Positions 19,796 through 29,540 of a stretch of 64,000 nt of DNA are shown here, piece after piece. Made by a program: the position numbers and the translations under genes. The notes below the pieces were generated by a model. It saw only the letters and a list, made by a program, of their open reading frames with translations. It did not search any database and had not been told where the DNA came from. Numbering within the stretch: the first letter of the stretch is position 1; each line of letters starts with the position of its first letter. Origin of the DNA: Terriglobia bacterium (GTDB lineage: Bacteria; Acidobacteriota; Terriglobia; 20CM-2-55-15); the NCBI GenBank assembly GCA_965262675.1, contig OZ253554.1, forward strand, positions 2,132,640 to 2,196,639. Direction: 5' to 3'.

Positions 19796-21034
19796 CTACA
19801 GGAACAGCAGCGCGCATATGACGGCGCCGACCACGGACATGGACAGGCCCCACGCCAGCAACTTGTTGAACAGCGAGCGTGTGTCGGTGCCCTCGGGCGC
19901 GGCCGCAAGAAAGAGCGCGCCCACGGTCGACAGCGACGACAGGTCCACCAGGCTGGCCCCCACGTTCATGGACCACGCGATGGGCAGGGGATCCACGTTG
20001 CCGACACTTTCGGCCAGCCCGGGAACCATCGGCAGAAACGCGGGAAGCACCACGCCTGACGTGCTGCTGTATACCGAAATCAGACCGGCGCCGAATGCGA
20101 CGATCGGGGCCAGCGTCGCCGGTGTGGAGATGTTGGACAGTCCGTTGGTGAACAGTTCCATGCCGTTGGTGGCTTCAAGGATGCCCACCAGAACCGTGAC
20201 GCCGGTGACCATCAGGATCACGCCCCATGGAATCTTCTGAATGGCTTCGCGCTGGTTGACCGTTCGCAGCAGAATCAGTATCGCGCCGATGGTGAAACCG
20301 GTCATGCCGACATGAGTCTCGAACACGGCAACGCCCACGATAAACGCGGCGATTCCGCCCAACGTGATCCAGTGATGCGTTTCCATCGGCCCCGCTTCAG
20401 TGCTGACGGCGTCCACATGTGCCCGTTCCTTGAAGAGCCGCATGCCTCCGAACAGTGCAAACGCCGCGAACGCGACCGCGGCGTGTGCAAAGGCGTTGTA
20501 GGCATAGGTCGACCATTCGACGCCACCGAGGCCGATACGTTCCATCACGCCGTTCGCCACGATTCCGGTCGGCGCAAACGGCGACAGCGTCCCGGCCAGT
20601 GTCCCGTTGCCCGCCATGATCGCCATCAGGAAGGGGGAGATCCGGGCGCGTGCCGCCACGGCCATTGCGGGCGGCGCCAGCAGGGCGCTGGCGGGCGTGC
20701 CTCCCGGTCCGACCGTGGCCACGATCAGGCCGAGGAAGAAGAACATGAACGGCAACAGACCGACCTGCCCGCGGCAGACCCCGACGGCGCGTCCGGTGAC
20801 GCGTTCGAGCGTTCCGTTGCATTGTGCGATGCTGAACAGCAGGGTCACGCCGACCAGCGTGACCAGTAGCGGTGTCGGAAACCCGCCCAGGACCTCTCCC
20901 ACCGGCATCCCGGCCATATAGACACCGATGATCCACGCCATTGCCATGGCGACGATGCCCACGTTGACCGCCGTTGTAAAACTGAGCCCGACGGCCAGGA
21001 CGAGGGCCGCGATGGCAATCCATGCCAGATTCAT
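19796..21034 (-). CDS. ion-transporter-superfamily permease (ArsB/NhaD/CitMHS/GntP-like), putative organic-anion transporter
   Basis: 412-aa highly hydrophobic protein with ~12 predicted TM segments and a duplicated-half topology. Confidence 0.6.
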   Translation of the reverse strand: MNLAWIAIAALVLAVGLSFTTAVNVGIVAMAMAWIIGVYMAGMPVGEVLGGFPTPLLVTLVGVTLLFSIAQCNGTLERVTGRAVGVCRGQVGLLPFMFFFLGLIVATVGPGGTPASALLAPPAMAVAARARISPFLMAIMAGNGTLAGTLSPFAPTGIVANGVMERIGLGGVEWSTYAYNAFAHAAVAFAAFALFGGMRLFKERAHVDAVSTEAGPMETHHWITLGGIAAFIVGVAVFETHVGMTGFTIGAILILLRTVNQREAIQKIPWGVILMVTGVTVLVGILEATNGMELFTNGLSNISTPATLAPIVAFGAGLISVYSSTSGVVLPAFLPMVPGLAESVGNVDPLPIAWSMNVGASLVDLSSLSTVGALFLAAAPEGTDTRSLFNKLLAWGLSMSVVGAVICALLFL

Positions 21035-21061
21035 TGTAATTTCATTGGGAAGATCAAGTTG

Positions 21062-21907
21062 TTACGGCACAATCCTGCTTGACCGGTCCACTTCTTCCTC
21101 GACGCCGATCATGAGAACGTTTGCGAAATTGTTGTCCTGGCAGATGTACTCGAAGATCTCGGTGTCCGGTCTCCAGATCAGGTAGAAGCCCGTAGACCAG
21201 GGTTCGGTGTATGCGCCCGGATCGTCGATGGTCACCCTGTACTCGGAGACGTTCATGTCCGTGCGCGTAAATCGTTCGACAACCCGGAGCTGTTCGGTAT
21301 GCGGGTGTCCTTCCCGGTCCATCCAGAATCGTTCGTTGAAACCGACCGTGTCGACGATGAGCGTGTCGGCTTCCCAGCGCCCGACGGAATGTCCGTAATA
21401 GGTGGGTTCCAGATCCTCCGGATGATCCCGGCCATCCATATAGACCGTGCGATAGGTGTGGGGACCGCCAATATCCAGAATGTAAATCAGTTGCTGTTCG
21501 GGCAGTTCGAGGAACTCCACGCCGTAGGGCGTGAAGAACTGCCGCGCTCCGCCCGACGGCTTGCACCGTGTGTGAGGCTCGAACTCGTTCAGAAGGCGAA
21601 ATTCGTAGAGGGCGCGTGCCCAGGGCTGAAACGGAACGTCGGCCGACATCGGGCGATCGGGAAACTGGGGCCCGACTTGCCGGTCGACCCGGTCGGCAAC
21701 GTCGATCACAAACTGCGCATCGCGGGGCAACCAGATCCCGTTTTCACCCGATTGCGGTCCAAGGTGGATGCGGCCATCGGGATTTCGCGGCACCGGATCA
21801 CCCAGCGGCAACGTCCCTTGCCCCGGTCCCTGGGCGAAGGCCGGCGCCACTGCAGCCGGCACGAAAGCCAGCAACGAAAGCACGAAAGCAGCAGTCAGGG
21901 TCCGCAC
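21062..21907 (-). CDS. secreted hypothetical protein
   Basis: Signal peptide MRTLTAAFVLSLLAFVPAAVAPAFAQ. No recognisable catalytic motifs. Lies in the same operon as the dioxygenase, MBL and permease. Confidence 0.5.
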   Translation of the reverse strand: MRTLTAAFVLSLLAFVPAAVAPAFAQGPGQGTLPLGDPVPRNPDGRIHLGPQSGENGIWLPRDAQFVIDVADRVDRQVGPQFPDRPMSADVPFQPWARALYEFRLLNEFEPHTRCKPSGGARQFFTPYGVEFLELPEQQLIYILDIGGPHTYRTVYMDGRDHPEDLEPTYYGHSVGRWEADTLIVDTVGFNERFWMDREGHPHTEQLRVVERFTRTDMNVSEYRVTIDDPGAYTEPWSTGFYLIWRPDTEIFEYICQDNNFANVLMIGVEEEVDRSSRIVP

Positions 21908-21980
21908 CTTACCTCCCGATTCCCGTCGTCGATCTGCGCCATTGTTTCACAGCGCCGGGTTTGCGCCAACGGGGAAGCCG

Positions 21981-22856
21981 CTACCGCGCCTCGGCCAATC
22001 GGCGTTCCGCGTCTTCGAGCCTCTGTGTCAGGAACACGGGCACCTCGCCCGGATTGACGTAGGGGTTGGGATCCCCCTCCTGGCGTGCGGCCAGACGGTC
22101 GTATTTGTCGAAGAAGCTCACCGACCATGGGTGGCTGTGCAGCCAAACGTCGGGCGTGGCCAGCGTCTGGAGACGCTGGATCGTCGCGACGAAATTCTCG
22201 AGTGCCGGCACGTTGTTTCCGTTCAGCGTCGGTCCCGGCCACATGAAGACTTCGTACTCCTCGCCATCTTCGTAGACCGAAAATTCCATCGACGTGACGC
22301 CGTCGGTGTGTCCGGGTGTGACGTACAGGTTCAGCGTCGTGTCACCGAGAGTGAGCGTGGTCTGGTCCTGAACCACCATGTCTCTCGGAATGAGCAAGTC
22401 GTCGACTTCGCCGTTTTCGCGGATCGTCCCTTCCATCAACTCCCAGTCGGCTTCGGCCATCATGACCCGCGCGCCGGTGAGTTCCTGCATCGTCTTCAGG
22501 CCCCCATAGTGGTCGTTGTGCCCATGGGTGACGATGATGTATTCGACATCCCGCGGGTCGAGGCCGAGTTGCTCCATCGCCTCGGCGGTGTGGTTGGCGT
22601 AGTCGCCGAACAACGTGTCGATCAGGATCAGGCCTTCGCTGGTCTCGATCACATAAGAACAAACGAAGTCGAGGCCGACATAGTAAAGGTTGTCGAAAAT
22701 CTGGAACGGAGTGACTGCCTGGGCCGTTCCAGACCCGAGTCCCTGTGGACGCGGCGAGGCCTGGCCCAGAGAGTCGGCTGGCGCAAGGGCGAGGGCCGCC
22801 GCCAGTCCGAAGAACAAGATGGCCGTTCGTGTCATGGTGCGTTCTCCTGTATTCAT
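21981..22856 (-). CDS. MBL-fold metallo-hydrolase (B3 beta-lactamase-like), secreted
   Basis: HxHxDH motif (VTHGHNDHYGG) plus downstream His/Asp ligands. Signal peptide MTRTAILFFGLAAALALA. Start is 22856 or 22835. The upstream dioxygenase ORF ends at 22853, so stop and start overlap. Confidence 0.75.
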   Translation of the reverse strand: MNTGERTMTRTAILFFGLAAALALAPADSLGQASPRPQGLGSGTAQAVTPFQIFDNLYYVGLDFVCSYVIETSEGLILIDTLFGDYANHTAEAMEQLGLDPRDVEYIIVTHGHNDHYGGLKTMQELTGARVMMAEADWELMEGTIRENGEVDDLLIPRDMVVQDQTTLTLGDTTLNLYVTPGHTDGVTSMEFSVYEDGEEYEVFMWPGPTLNGNNVPALENFVATIQRLQTLATPDVWLHSHPWSVSFFDKYDRLAARQEGDPNPYVNPGEVPVFLTQRLEDAERRLAEAR

Positions 22857-24163
22857 TTCCTGTTGTCCTTGTCCCAGTCCTTCTTGCCTTCGTCCTGTCC
22901 CGCGACCGAGTACAGGACCTGGGCGTTCCGGGTCTTTTGAAAGTCTTCGAGCGACTCGCCGCGCATCGCGGCATAGATGTGCAGATTCGTCGTGCCGATC
23001 ACGGCGCCCAGTTTTTCGAGCATGAAGAAGATGACGCCGTAGTGGATCATCGCGCGCCATTCCCGGTTGCGTACCATTCTGCGTTCCACTTCGGGCAATC
23101 CGGCTTCCTCGAACGCGGCTTCAGGATCGGACAGGAATCGCTTTCGGTGTTCGGGCACGATCAGGTCGTGCAGAAATCGGTTCAGCCGGTAGGCTCGAAC
23201 GCTCATGTCCAGTGTGAACGGATACGTCCCGTCCAGTTCCTCCACACCCGCCAGTTGATGGTTCATCCGTTCGACGAATTCATCTGCGGATTCGCCGTCG
23301 CGTTCGTCGGGGTCGTCGGATTCGTCGGATTCGTTCTCGAAAATGACCGAACCGATTGCGGTCATGGACGGCAGGTAGTAGGCCTGATGCAGTTTCCGGA
23401 TTTTTTGGGCCATCGCGCCGCGCATGATCAGCCACATGATGATTTCTGCGCCCTCCCATCCGCCGCGCTTCGCGTACTCAGCCGTCGTGATGCGGGTCAG
23501 TTTCACCGGGTCTTTCTCCAGCAGTTCCAGAAACTCCATATCCCATTGGGTGTTGTTGAAGCCCGCGCGTTCGCCGTGAACCTGATGCGACAACCCTCCG
23601 GTCGCCACGATGGCCACCCGGAGGTCCTCGGGATAGCTCTGGATCGCCTTCCTCAGGGAGTGCCCCATCTTGTAGCATCGACTCGCCGTCGGGCCGGGCA
23701 CCTGCAGGACTCCAACCTGGAGCGGAACGATCGCGCCGGGCCACCGGGGTTCGTGAGGCCACAGGACCGACAGCGGCGAGAAGCACCCATGGTCGAGGCC
23801 CTTGCCCTGAAAGAACGAGAGGTCGAACTCATCGGCCACCAGTCCCGCGGCGATGTGGTGGGCGAGGGCGGGGTGGCCGTCGACTGGGGGCAGCTTGCGC
23901 GGTCCGCCGCCTTCGTCCGCGACGGGATAGGAATCGCCGACTCCGAGAGCGAAGTGCGAGTAATGGTCGAAGAAGAAGGACGTGACGTGGTCGTTATAGA
24001 TGAAGAACAGCACGTCGGGCTTCTTCTCGGCCAGCCATTGCCGAACCGGTTCGTAGCCTTCGAAGATGGGCGCCCAGTTCGGATCGGCCTGCTTGTGGGT
24101 ATCCAGCGCGAATCCGATAGTGGGAGTGTGGGATGTCGCAATTGCCCCGACGATCGTCGCCAT
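22853..24163 (-). CDS. class III extradiol dioxygenase, fused LigB-like catalytic and LigA-like domains (gallate/protocatechuate 4,5-dioxygenase type)
   Basis: N-terminal MATIVGAIATSHTP... LigB-type His ligand region. The C-terminal ~100 aa (EHRKRFLSDPEAAFEEAGLPEVERRMV...) resembles the LigA alpha subunit. Preferred start is ATG at 24163. Confidence 0.7.
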   Translation of the reverse strand: MATIVGAIATSHTPTIGFALDTHKQADPNWAPIFEGYEPVRQWLAEKKPDVLFFIYNDHVTSFFFDHYSHFALGVGDSYPVADEGGGPRKLPPVDGHPALAHHIAAGLVADEFDLSFFQGKGLDHGCFSPLSVLWPHEPRWPGAIVPLQVGVLQVPGPTASRCYKMGHSLRKAIQSYPEDLRVAIVATGGLSHQVHGERAGFNNTQWDMEFLELLEKDPVKLTRITTAEYAKRGGWEGAEIIMWLIMRGAMAQKIRKLHQAYYLPSMTAIGSVIFENESDESDDPDERDGESADEFVERMNHQLAGVEELDGTYPFTLDMSVRAYRLNRFLHDLIVPEHRKRFLSDPEAAFEEAGLPEVERRMVRNREWRAMIHYGVIFFMLEKLGAVIGTTNLHIYAAMRGESLEDFQKTRNAQVLYSVAGQDEGKKDWDKDNRK

Positions 24164-24249
24164 AAGACTCCTCTTCCTTGCGGTTTCGTTCCCTATTGTG
24201 CACGGAAAAACCTTCTGGCGTCCTGTATTTCGCTGGATATACTGCCCCA

Positions 24250-25581
24250 ATGAAACTCATTCGATATTGCATGGTCGTCGCATGGGGGCTTCTGGTCGTG
24301 CCGGCGGGGGTGTTGGCTCAGAATCCTTCGGATTTCGAGCGCGCGTTCGATCGGTTCTGGGCTGCCGGTTCCGTCGCCGAAGCGCGAGACCGAATCGAGG
24401 AGATCGTCGAATCGGGTGTCACGTTCGAAGACGCCTACGAACGCCTCGAGCGCGGCAAGACATACGAATCCCGAGACACTGGCATTGTCGAACGCCGGTA
24501 CCGCGGCGATGACGGCGTCGAGTACTACTATCACCTGAATGTGCCCGAGTCCTACGATCCGGATCGGCGATATCACGTGCGGTTCCAGTTACACGGCGGC
24601 GTGGGCGGCAGGGCGACCAATGAACCGCGCGGGAACGGGGAGGTTCGAATCCCCGGCGCCGAGCAGATTTACATCATTCCGTACTCGTGGAACACAGCGC
24701 CCTGGTGGGGCGACGCTCAGGTGGAGAACCTGCGATCGATTCTGGACGCCGTGAAGCGGGACTACAACGTGGACGAAAACCGTGTCGTCGTTTCGGGCGT
24801 TTCCGACGGTGGAACGGGTGCCTACTTCATCGGCATGAGAGAGACGACGCGCTTTGCCAGCCTGTTGCCGTTGAACGCCTTCATCATGGTGCTCGCCAAC
24901 AGCTCGATCGACGATGGCCGGTCGTTTCCGGGCAACCTCGTCAACAAACCGCTATTCGTGATCAACGGGGGCCGTGACCGGTTGTACCCCACGTCGACTG
25001 TCGAGCCCTTTGTCCGATACCTGGCCGCCAACGGCGTGGAGACCTCCTACTATCCGCAACCCGAGGGCGAACACAATACGCGTTGGTGGCCCGAAATGCG
25101 CGATACGTTCGAGGCGTTTGTCACTGTGAATCGGCGAAACGCGCATCCGGAGTCCATCAGTTGGGAAGCCACGGAGGGGCGGCATATTCGAGCCCACTGG
25201 CTGGTGATCGAAGACCTGGATTCCAGCGTGGCCGCATCGTCCACCATGCCCGACATGAACATCGTCGATGACACGCCGGGAGTATCGCGCCTGGTGGGCG
25301 CGGGCCGGCCGATGTTCAACCGTTCGGCGGAATCGGGACGCGTCGACATCGAGCGCCAAGGCAACACAATTCGCGCGACGGCGGAAGGCGTTGCATCGTT
25401 CAGGCTGTTGCTCTCGCCGGACATGTTCGATTTTGGCGAACCGATCGTCGTGATCGCGAACGACGCTGTCGTATTCGACGGCCTCGTCGAGCCGAATCTG
25501 GAAACGTTGCTCCAATGGGCGGCGCAAGATAACGACCGCACGATGCTCTATGGGGCGCAACTGGAGATACGGCTGGATTAG
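24250..25581 (+). CDS. secreted alpha/beta-hydrolase esterase (GxSxG: GVSDGG)
   Basis: Signal peptide MKLIRYCMVVAWGLLVVPAGVLAQ. Nucleophile elbow GVSDGGTGAY plus downstream Asp/His. Divergent from the dioxygenase operon. Confidence 0.65.
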   Translation: MKLIRYCMVVAWGLLVVPAGVLAQNPSDFERAFDRFWAAGSVAEARDRIEEIVESGVTFEDAYERLERGKTYESRDTGIVERRYRGDDGVEYYYHLNVPESYDPDRRYHVRFQLHGGVGGRATNEPRGNGEVRIPGAEQIYIIPYSWNTAPWWGDAQVENLRSILDAVKRDYNVDENRVVVSGVSDGGTGAYFIGMRETTRFASLLPLNAFIMVLANSSIDDGRSFPGNLVNKPLFVINGGRDRLYPTSTVEPFVRYLAANGVETSYYPQPEGEHNTRWWPEMRDTFEAFVTVNRRNAHPESISWEATEGRHIRAHWLVIEDLDSSVAASSTMPDMNIVDDTPGVSRLVGAGRPMFNRSAESGRVDIERQGNTIRATAEGVASFRLLLSPDMFDFGEPIVVIANDAVVFDGLVEPNLETLLQWAAQDNDRTMLYGAQLEIRLD

Positions 25582-25582
25582 C

Positions 25583-25738
25583 CGTGGGGAAGCGGTGCAT
25601 GTGGAGCAAGCCGATTGGAAACCTCCTGAAGCTCGGGTACAGTGCCAGCGTCCGGCAACGTCTGTGCAGCGGCTGCCGAACACGCGAGGGCGACGGTGAA
25701 CAGAACAACGAACATGGATCGAGTTAGCATGGATTCAG
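25583..25738 (-). pseudogene. truncated tandem duplicate of the 5' end (signal-peptide region) of gene 25858..26835
   Basis: Minus-strand translation MLTRSMFVVLFTVALACSAAAAQTLPDAGTVPELQEV..* parallels MLNRSISVVLFAVAAVCSAAATEPLSGSVTALEIQEV of the downstream gene. The DNA segments 25700-25750 and 26800-26850 are near-identical. Confidence 0.5.
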
Positions 25739-25857
25739 TCTTCGGTGAAGATTCTCCTGTTTCGGATATTTTTTCTCACGGCGGGACAGGTAGGAGCAAT
25801 TAGACTCATGCAATCCACATCGGACCGGCCCCATGCGTCCTCCCCTCAGCCAACCCG

Positions 25858-26835
25858 CTACTGGATCGGTTCTTCCACGAAAAACTGGACGTCAGCGTCG
25901 AAGCGTTCGAAAGACGCGAACTCCTGGATGATGCGCTCGATCGGGAAGAAATCTCCCTCGCGGGATGAGCGGATGCGGAATCTGGGGGTGTATTCGAAAC
26001 GTTCCGGAGTGAAGATACCGTAGCTGCTTGGAGCATACTGGTACTCGAACTGGACCAACTGCGGATCCTCGGAAAACCCTGGCCGGCCTTCCGCAAAATA
26101 TCCACCCTCGTCCCGCCACAATTCTCCAGACGACGCCTCCAGCCAAAGCCGCCCGCGCACGTGGATGCGGTCCAGGTCGGGAAAGTCTATGAAAGGGGAA
26201 ATAAGTCCGCTAATAAATCCCCGCCGGGAAAACTGGATGGGGCGAATCCGCCTGTAGTCCACCAGGATAAAGTCCATGCCGTCAATCGTTTCGCGGCCCG
26301 CGATCACCGCGTCGAACGCTTCCTGGTCACTATAAATGCCCTGAGCCGATGACGAGAGCATGCCCCTTACGTTTCCAGGTGCCAGACCGAATTTCCGGCT
26401 TTCGCGGTCGATCAACTCTCGCTCCTCCGACGCGGAGCTTGCGTTCGCAAGCTCGCTTGCGAGGGCCTGCAATCGCATCTCCCGGTCCCCGGCCTCGCGC
26501 CCGTCGACTGAAAGAACGTGTCGATACTCCATCCCCCCTGGGCTGTGGGTGAACCGATGAACCATGATTTGGCTGACAAAGACCCGCCGTCCGGTCACGC
26601 GGCCCTCTTCGTCGTAGGTGAGAATCGTGGTGGTCTCTTCCGTCGTCAGATCCTGAATCACTTCCGCATACCGCCGGGCACTGGCGGTGGCCCGCGCGAG
26701 CAAGTCGTCGAGGTCGACGCCGTCGACCTCTTGAATCTCAAGCGCCGTGACCGAACCCGACAGCGGCTCCGTAGCGGCCGCCGAACACACGGCGGCGACG
26801 GCGAACAGAACGACGGAAATGGATCGATTTAGCAT
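25858..26835 (-). CDS. secreted hypothetical protein
   Basis: Signal peptide MLNRSISVVLFAVAAVCSAAA. ~325 aa from the internal ATG of ORF 25858..27021. Confidence 0.5.
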   Translation of the reverse strand: MLNRSISVVLFAVAAVCSAAATEPLSGSVTALEIQEVDGVDLDDLLARATASARRYAEVIQDLTTEETTTILTYDEEGRVTGRRVFVSQIMVHRFTHSPGGMEYRHVLSVDGREAGDREMRLQALASELANASSASEERELIDRESRKFGLAPGNVRGMLSSSAQGIYSDQEAFDAVIAGRETIDGMDFILVDYRRIRPIQFSRRGFISGLISPFIDFPDLDRIHVRGRLWLEASSGELWRDEGGYFAEGRPGFSEDPQLVQFEYQYAPSSYGIFTPERFEYTPRFRIRSSREGDFFPIERIIQEFASFERFDADVQFFVEEPIQ

Positions 26836-27147
26836 GGATTTAGTCTTCAGTGTATTGCCCCCGATTCCGTGCAGAGTAAACTCACGATAGTCAAACCGCC
26901 GAGACGACAGCAAGACGTTTTCGCGCCGGCGCCGGCAGCACACGGTGTGTCCGGTGCTCGTAGCAAATGAAATGTCCGGTGCGAAAGGCACCGGTTGAAC
27001 CCATATTCTGCCGGTCGGCATGAAATCTCAAAAGAAGACCGGCGGTCCGATCTTACCGCCGGTAGACCTTATCGGACTTTTCCGCTTGGCGGCAGGGCGA
27101 ATTACTTTACGTTCTGGGTGGCGGTATGTCCCGGCCGCGCCCCTTGA

Positions 27148-27552
27148 TCACTGGTTTGAAGGAGCGGTCGAGAGGAATTCTTCAAGCGTTGCCTTGAGCT
27201 TGTCCTGATTTCGAGTTTCGCATTCCCATATCACGCATACGCGCCAGCCTGCTTCTTCGAGGAGACCGATGTTGATACGGTCTCTTTCGACGTTCCTGTC
27301 CAGTTTCTTGTTCCAATACTCCACGTTCGAGTTGGGCCGATTGCGTCCAGCGCGGCATGTGTGCCCATGCCAGAAGCAGCCGTGAACGAAGATGATCTTG
27401 CGTTGGGACGCAAACACCAGGTCGGGATGTCCAGGCAACTTGGGAGAGTGAAGACGATAGCGATATCCGAGCGCAAACGCCATCCGCCGTACCGCCAGTT
27501 CAGGGCGGGTATCCTTCGATTTCACCGCGGCCATTGTCTGGCTTCGAGTCAT
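27148..27552 (-). CDS. vsr: very-short-patch repair endonuclease
   Basis: Diagnostic FVHGCFWHGH motif and WRVCVIWECE C-terminal region. Confidence 0.9.
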   Translation of the reverse strand: MTRSQTMAAVKSKDTRPELAVRRMAFALGYRYRLHSPKLPGHPDLVFASQRKIIFVHGCFWHGHTCRAGRNRPNSNVEYWNKKLDRNVERDRINIGLLEEAGWRVCVIWECETRNQDKLKATLEEFLSTAPSNQ

Positions 27553-27590
27553 GTTGCTATGGATGTCAGGTCCCCGAAATACGGCCTTGG

Positions 27591-27820
27591 CCCGCCTTTC
27601 TCACGGGTTTTCGTCGCGAAGAGCCGGAGACGCCGTCAGGGCAAGGCGCGCGCCCGGAGGGCACCGGAGGCGTACTTGAAAGTACGTCGAGGAGCCCGAC
27701 CGCGCTTGATCCGGCGCGAGGAACGCGCCGCTACGCGCCCGGCGCGAGGAACGCGCCGTGGAACGCGGCACTGGCGGATGTATACGGCTCTGCAGCAGAC
27801 AACTCGTGAGAAATGCGGGT
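27591..27820 (+). repeat. MITE-like repeat, copy B (longest copy), inserted between dcm and vsr
   Basis: Starts cccgcctttctcacgggttttcgtcgcgaagag and ends gacaactcgtgagaaatgcgggtt. Same internal direct repeats as copy A. Confidence 0.7.
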
Positions 27821-27947
27821 TTGTCTGGCAAAATGCGCGAGAAGCGCAAGGCGAAGCTCCTGGCTGTCTTTGACGTTCAGGAAATGGTCCAGAAGATCGC
27901 CGACGGCATGAGCACCTACGACGTCTGTAATTGTCTTCGCCGCCTTC

Positions 27948-29144
27948 TTACGATAGCGAATAATCGAAATCGGGTCGTTTTTGGGCATCGGCGTCATCCA
28001 GAGTGCCTTCCAGTAGAGGCTTTAGATATTCGCGTGCTATCCACGCAACCACAGGTACGCACACGCCATCGCCAAAAGCCGATAGCGCTTGATTTTCGCG
28101 GCATCCATCCAACAGAAACGCCGGAGCCCCCTGGAGTCGGGCGTACTCTCTCGGCGTCATCCACCGAACCCGCATCTGTCCCCGGCCGGCCTCGACGAGC
28201 GCTTGTCTGCCCGATCCGCCCTTTGCCGTTCTCAGACATCCGCTGATTCCATCGGAACGAATTTCCCATACGGCTCGCCCTTTTCTCGTGCGTCTGAAAG
28301 TCGTCGCCCACGTAAGACCCCCGGCAGACCGTAACCCCGCGAGTCGCCGCGACTGAATAGGAGAGAGAGTATCGACAAAACGGGATATTCGTTCGTCGTC
28401 CCACCAGCGCGGATGGTTTGACGGAATGCGTTCGATGCAATCCGCAAGAGCGATCGTTGTTGCTGGGGGATCGGGCAGCGCCACCGATTGCATGTCGAGC
28501 CTGTCGTGGTCTCGTACAAAGGCTCGAATCCAGTTCGGTCGCGTCCACGACACCGCGTCATCGCCTGCCGACACCCGGGTTGTCGACCCGACAATGAACA
28601 GCCTCGGGCGGCTTTGCGGCATGAACCAGCGAGCGTCGACCGTAAAGACATCGCAAACGTAGCCCAGGACGTTTAGTTGTTCAATGGCCGCCGCAAGGTC
28701 CCGGCCTTCCCGCGAAGTTGCAAATCCGGTTACGTTTTCCAACAGCACGGTCGGCGGCCGCCGATCTCTCATTTCGCCCAGGATGCGGGCAAACTCCCAG
28801 AACATGCCCGATTCCTTTCCATCGAGTCCAGCGCGATGTCCGGCCAGGGACAGATCGGTACATGGGAACGAAGCCGTCGCCAATTCGATGTCCGGCACAT
28901 CGGCGCCTTCGATATTGCGTATGTCACCGAGGACAAAATCCTCTGAGCCGAAATTGGCGGCATACAAATCCCGCTTGCCCGGTTCGATGTCGTTCGCGAA
29001 CACGACTTCGAATCCATCTTGCTCCAATGCGAGCCGGACGAGGCCGATTCCCGCGAAAAACTCGGCAGCCCTGAAAGATCGATTCTCCATCCTGAGGAGA
29101 ATATAGCTTCCCAATGGTACAAATCGGGTCCGTTGCGCCTGCAT
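27948..29144 (-). CDS. dcm: DNA cytosine-5 methyltransferase
   Basis: Motif I FAGIGL, motif IV PCTDLS (PC dipeptide), motif VI ENV. Alternative start at 29090 (MENRSFRAAEFFAGIGL). Confidence 0.85.
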   Translation of the reverse strand: MQAQRTRFVPLGSYILLRMENRSFRAAEFFAGIGLVRLALEQDGFEVVFANDIEPGKRDLYAANFGSEDFVLGDIRNIEGADVPDIELATASFPCTDLSLAGHRAGLDGKESGMFWEFARILGEMRDRRPPTVLLENVTGFATSREGRDLAAAIEQLNVLGYVCDVFTVDARWFMPQSRPRLFIVGSTTRVSAGDDAVSWTRPNWIRAFVRDHDRLDMQSVALPDPPATTIALADCIERIPSNHPRWWDDERISRFVDTLSPIQSRRLAGLRSAGGLTWATTFRRTRKGRAVWEIRSDGISGCLRTAKGGSGRQALVEAGRGQMRVRWMTPREYARLQGAPAFLLDGCRENQALSAFGDGVCVPVVAWIAREYLKPLLEGTLDDADAQKRPDFDYSLS

Positions 29145-29540
29145 CCATCGCGGTAATGGGTGCCGTCGAGAAATATATGGGGAAGCGGCGGAATTTCACC
29201 GGGCATCGCTTCCGGGTTGAGGGATACTGTGCGGTTACTATACGACCGGATGAAGCGACGATTCGCCAATACATCCGGAACCGGGAAGCCGACGAAAAGC
29301 GGCTGGAACAACTTACCCCGAGAGGTCTTTGGCCCTCTTCATCGAACCGATCCTATTCGAGGGCCTTCATCATACCGCCTGCTATCGGGGCGGTAGCTTA
29401 TTTGGAACAACTGCGAGAAAATGCTGGAGAATCGTTTCATGGTTGAGACCTCTTCAGGTTGGACTTCTCGTCATTGAAAAACCAATCCTGCGAGGTTGGG
29501 CTCAACGTCGCAATTTTCAAACCCTTATCGGACAAGAGCG

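Noticed and set aside
28480-28500. tRNA gene (a ggctcgaatcc T-loop-like motif)
   Set aside because: The motif lies inside the dcm coding region with no surrounding cloverleaf. No other convincing tRNA T-arm or anticodon-arm pattern was found in intergenic regions.
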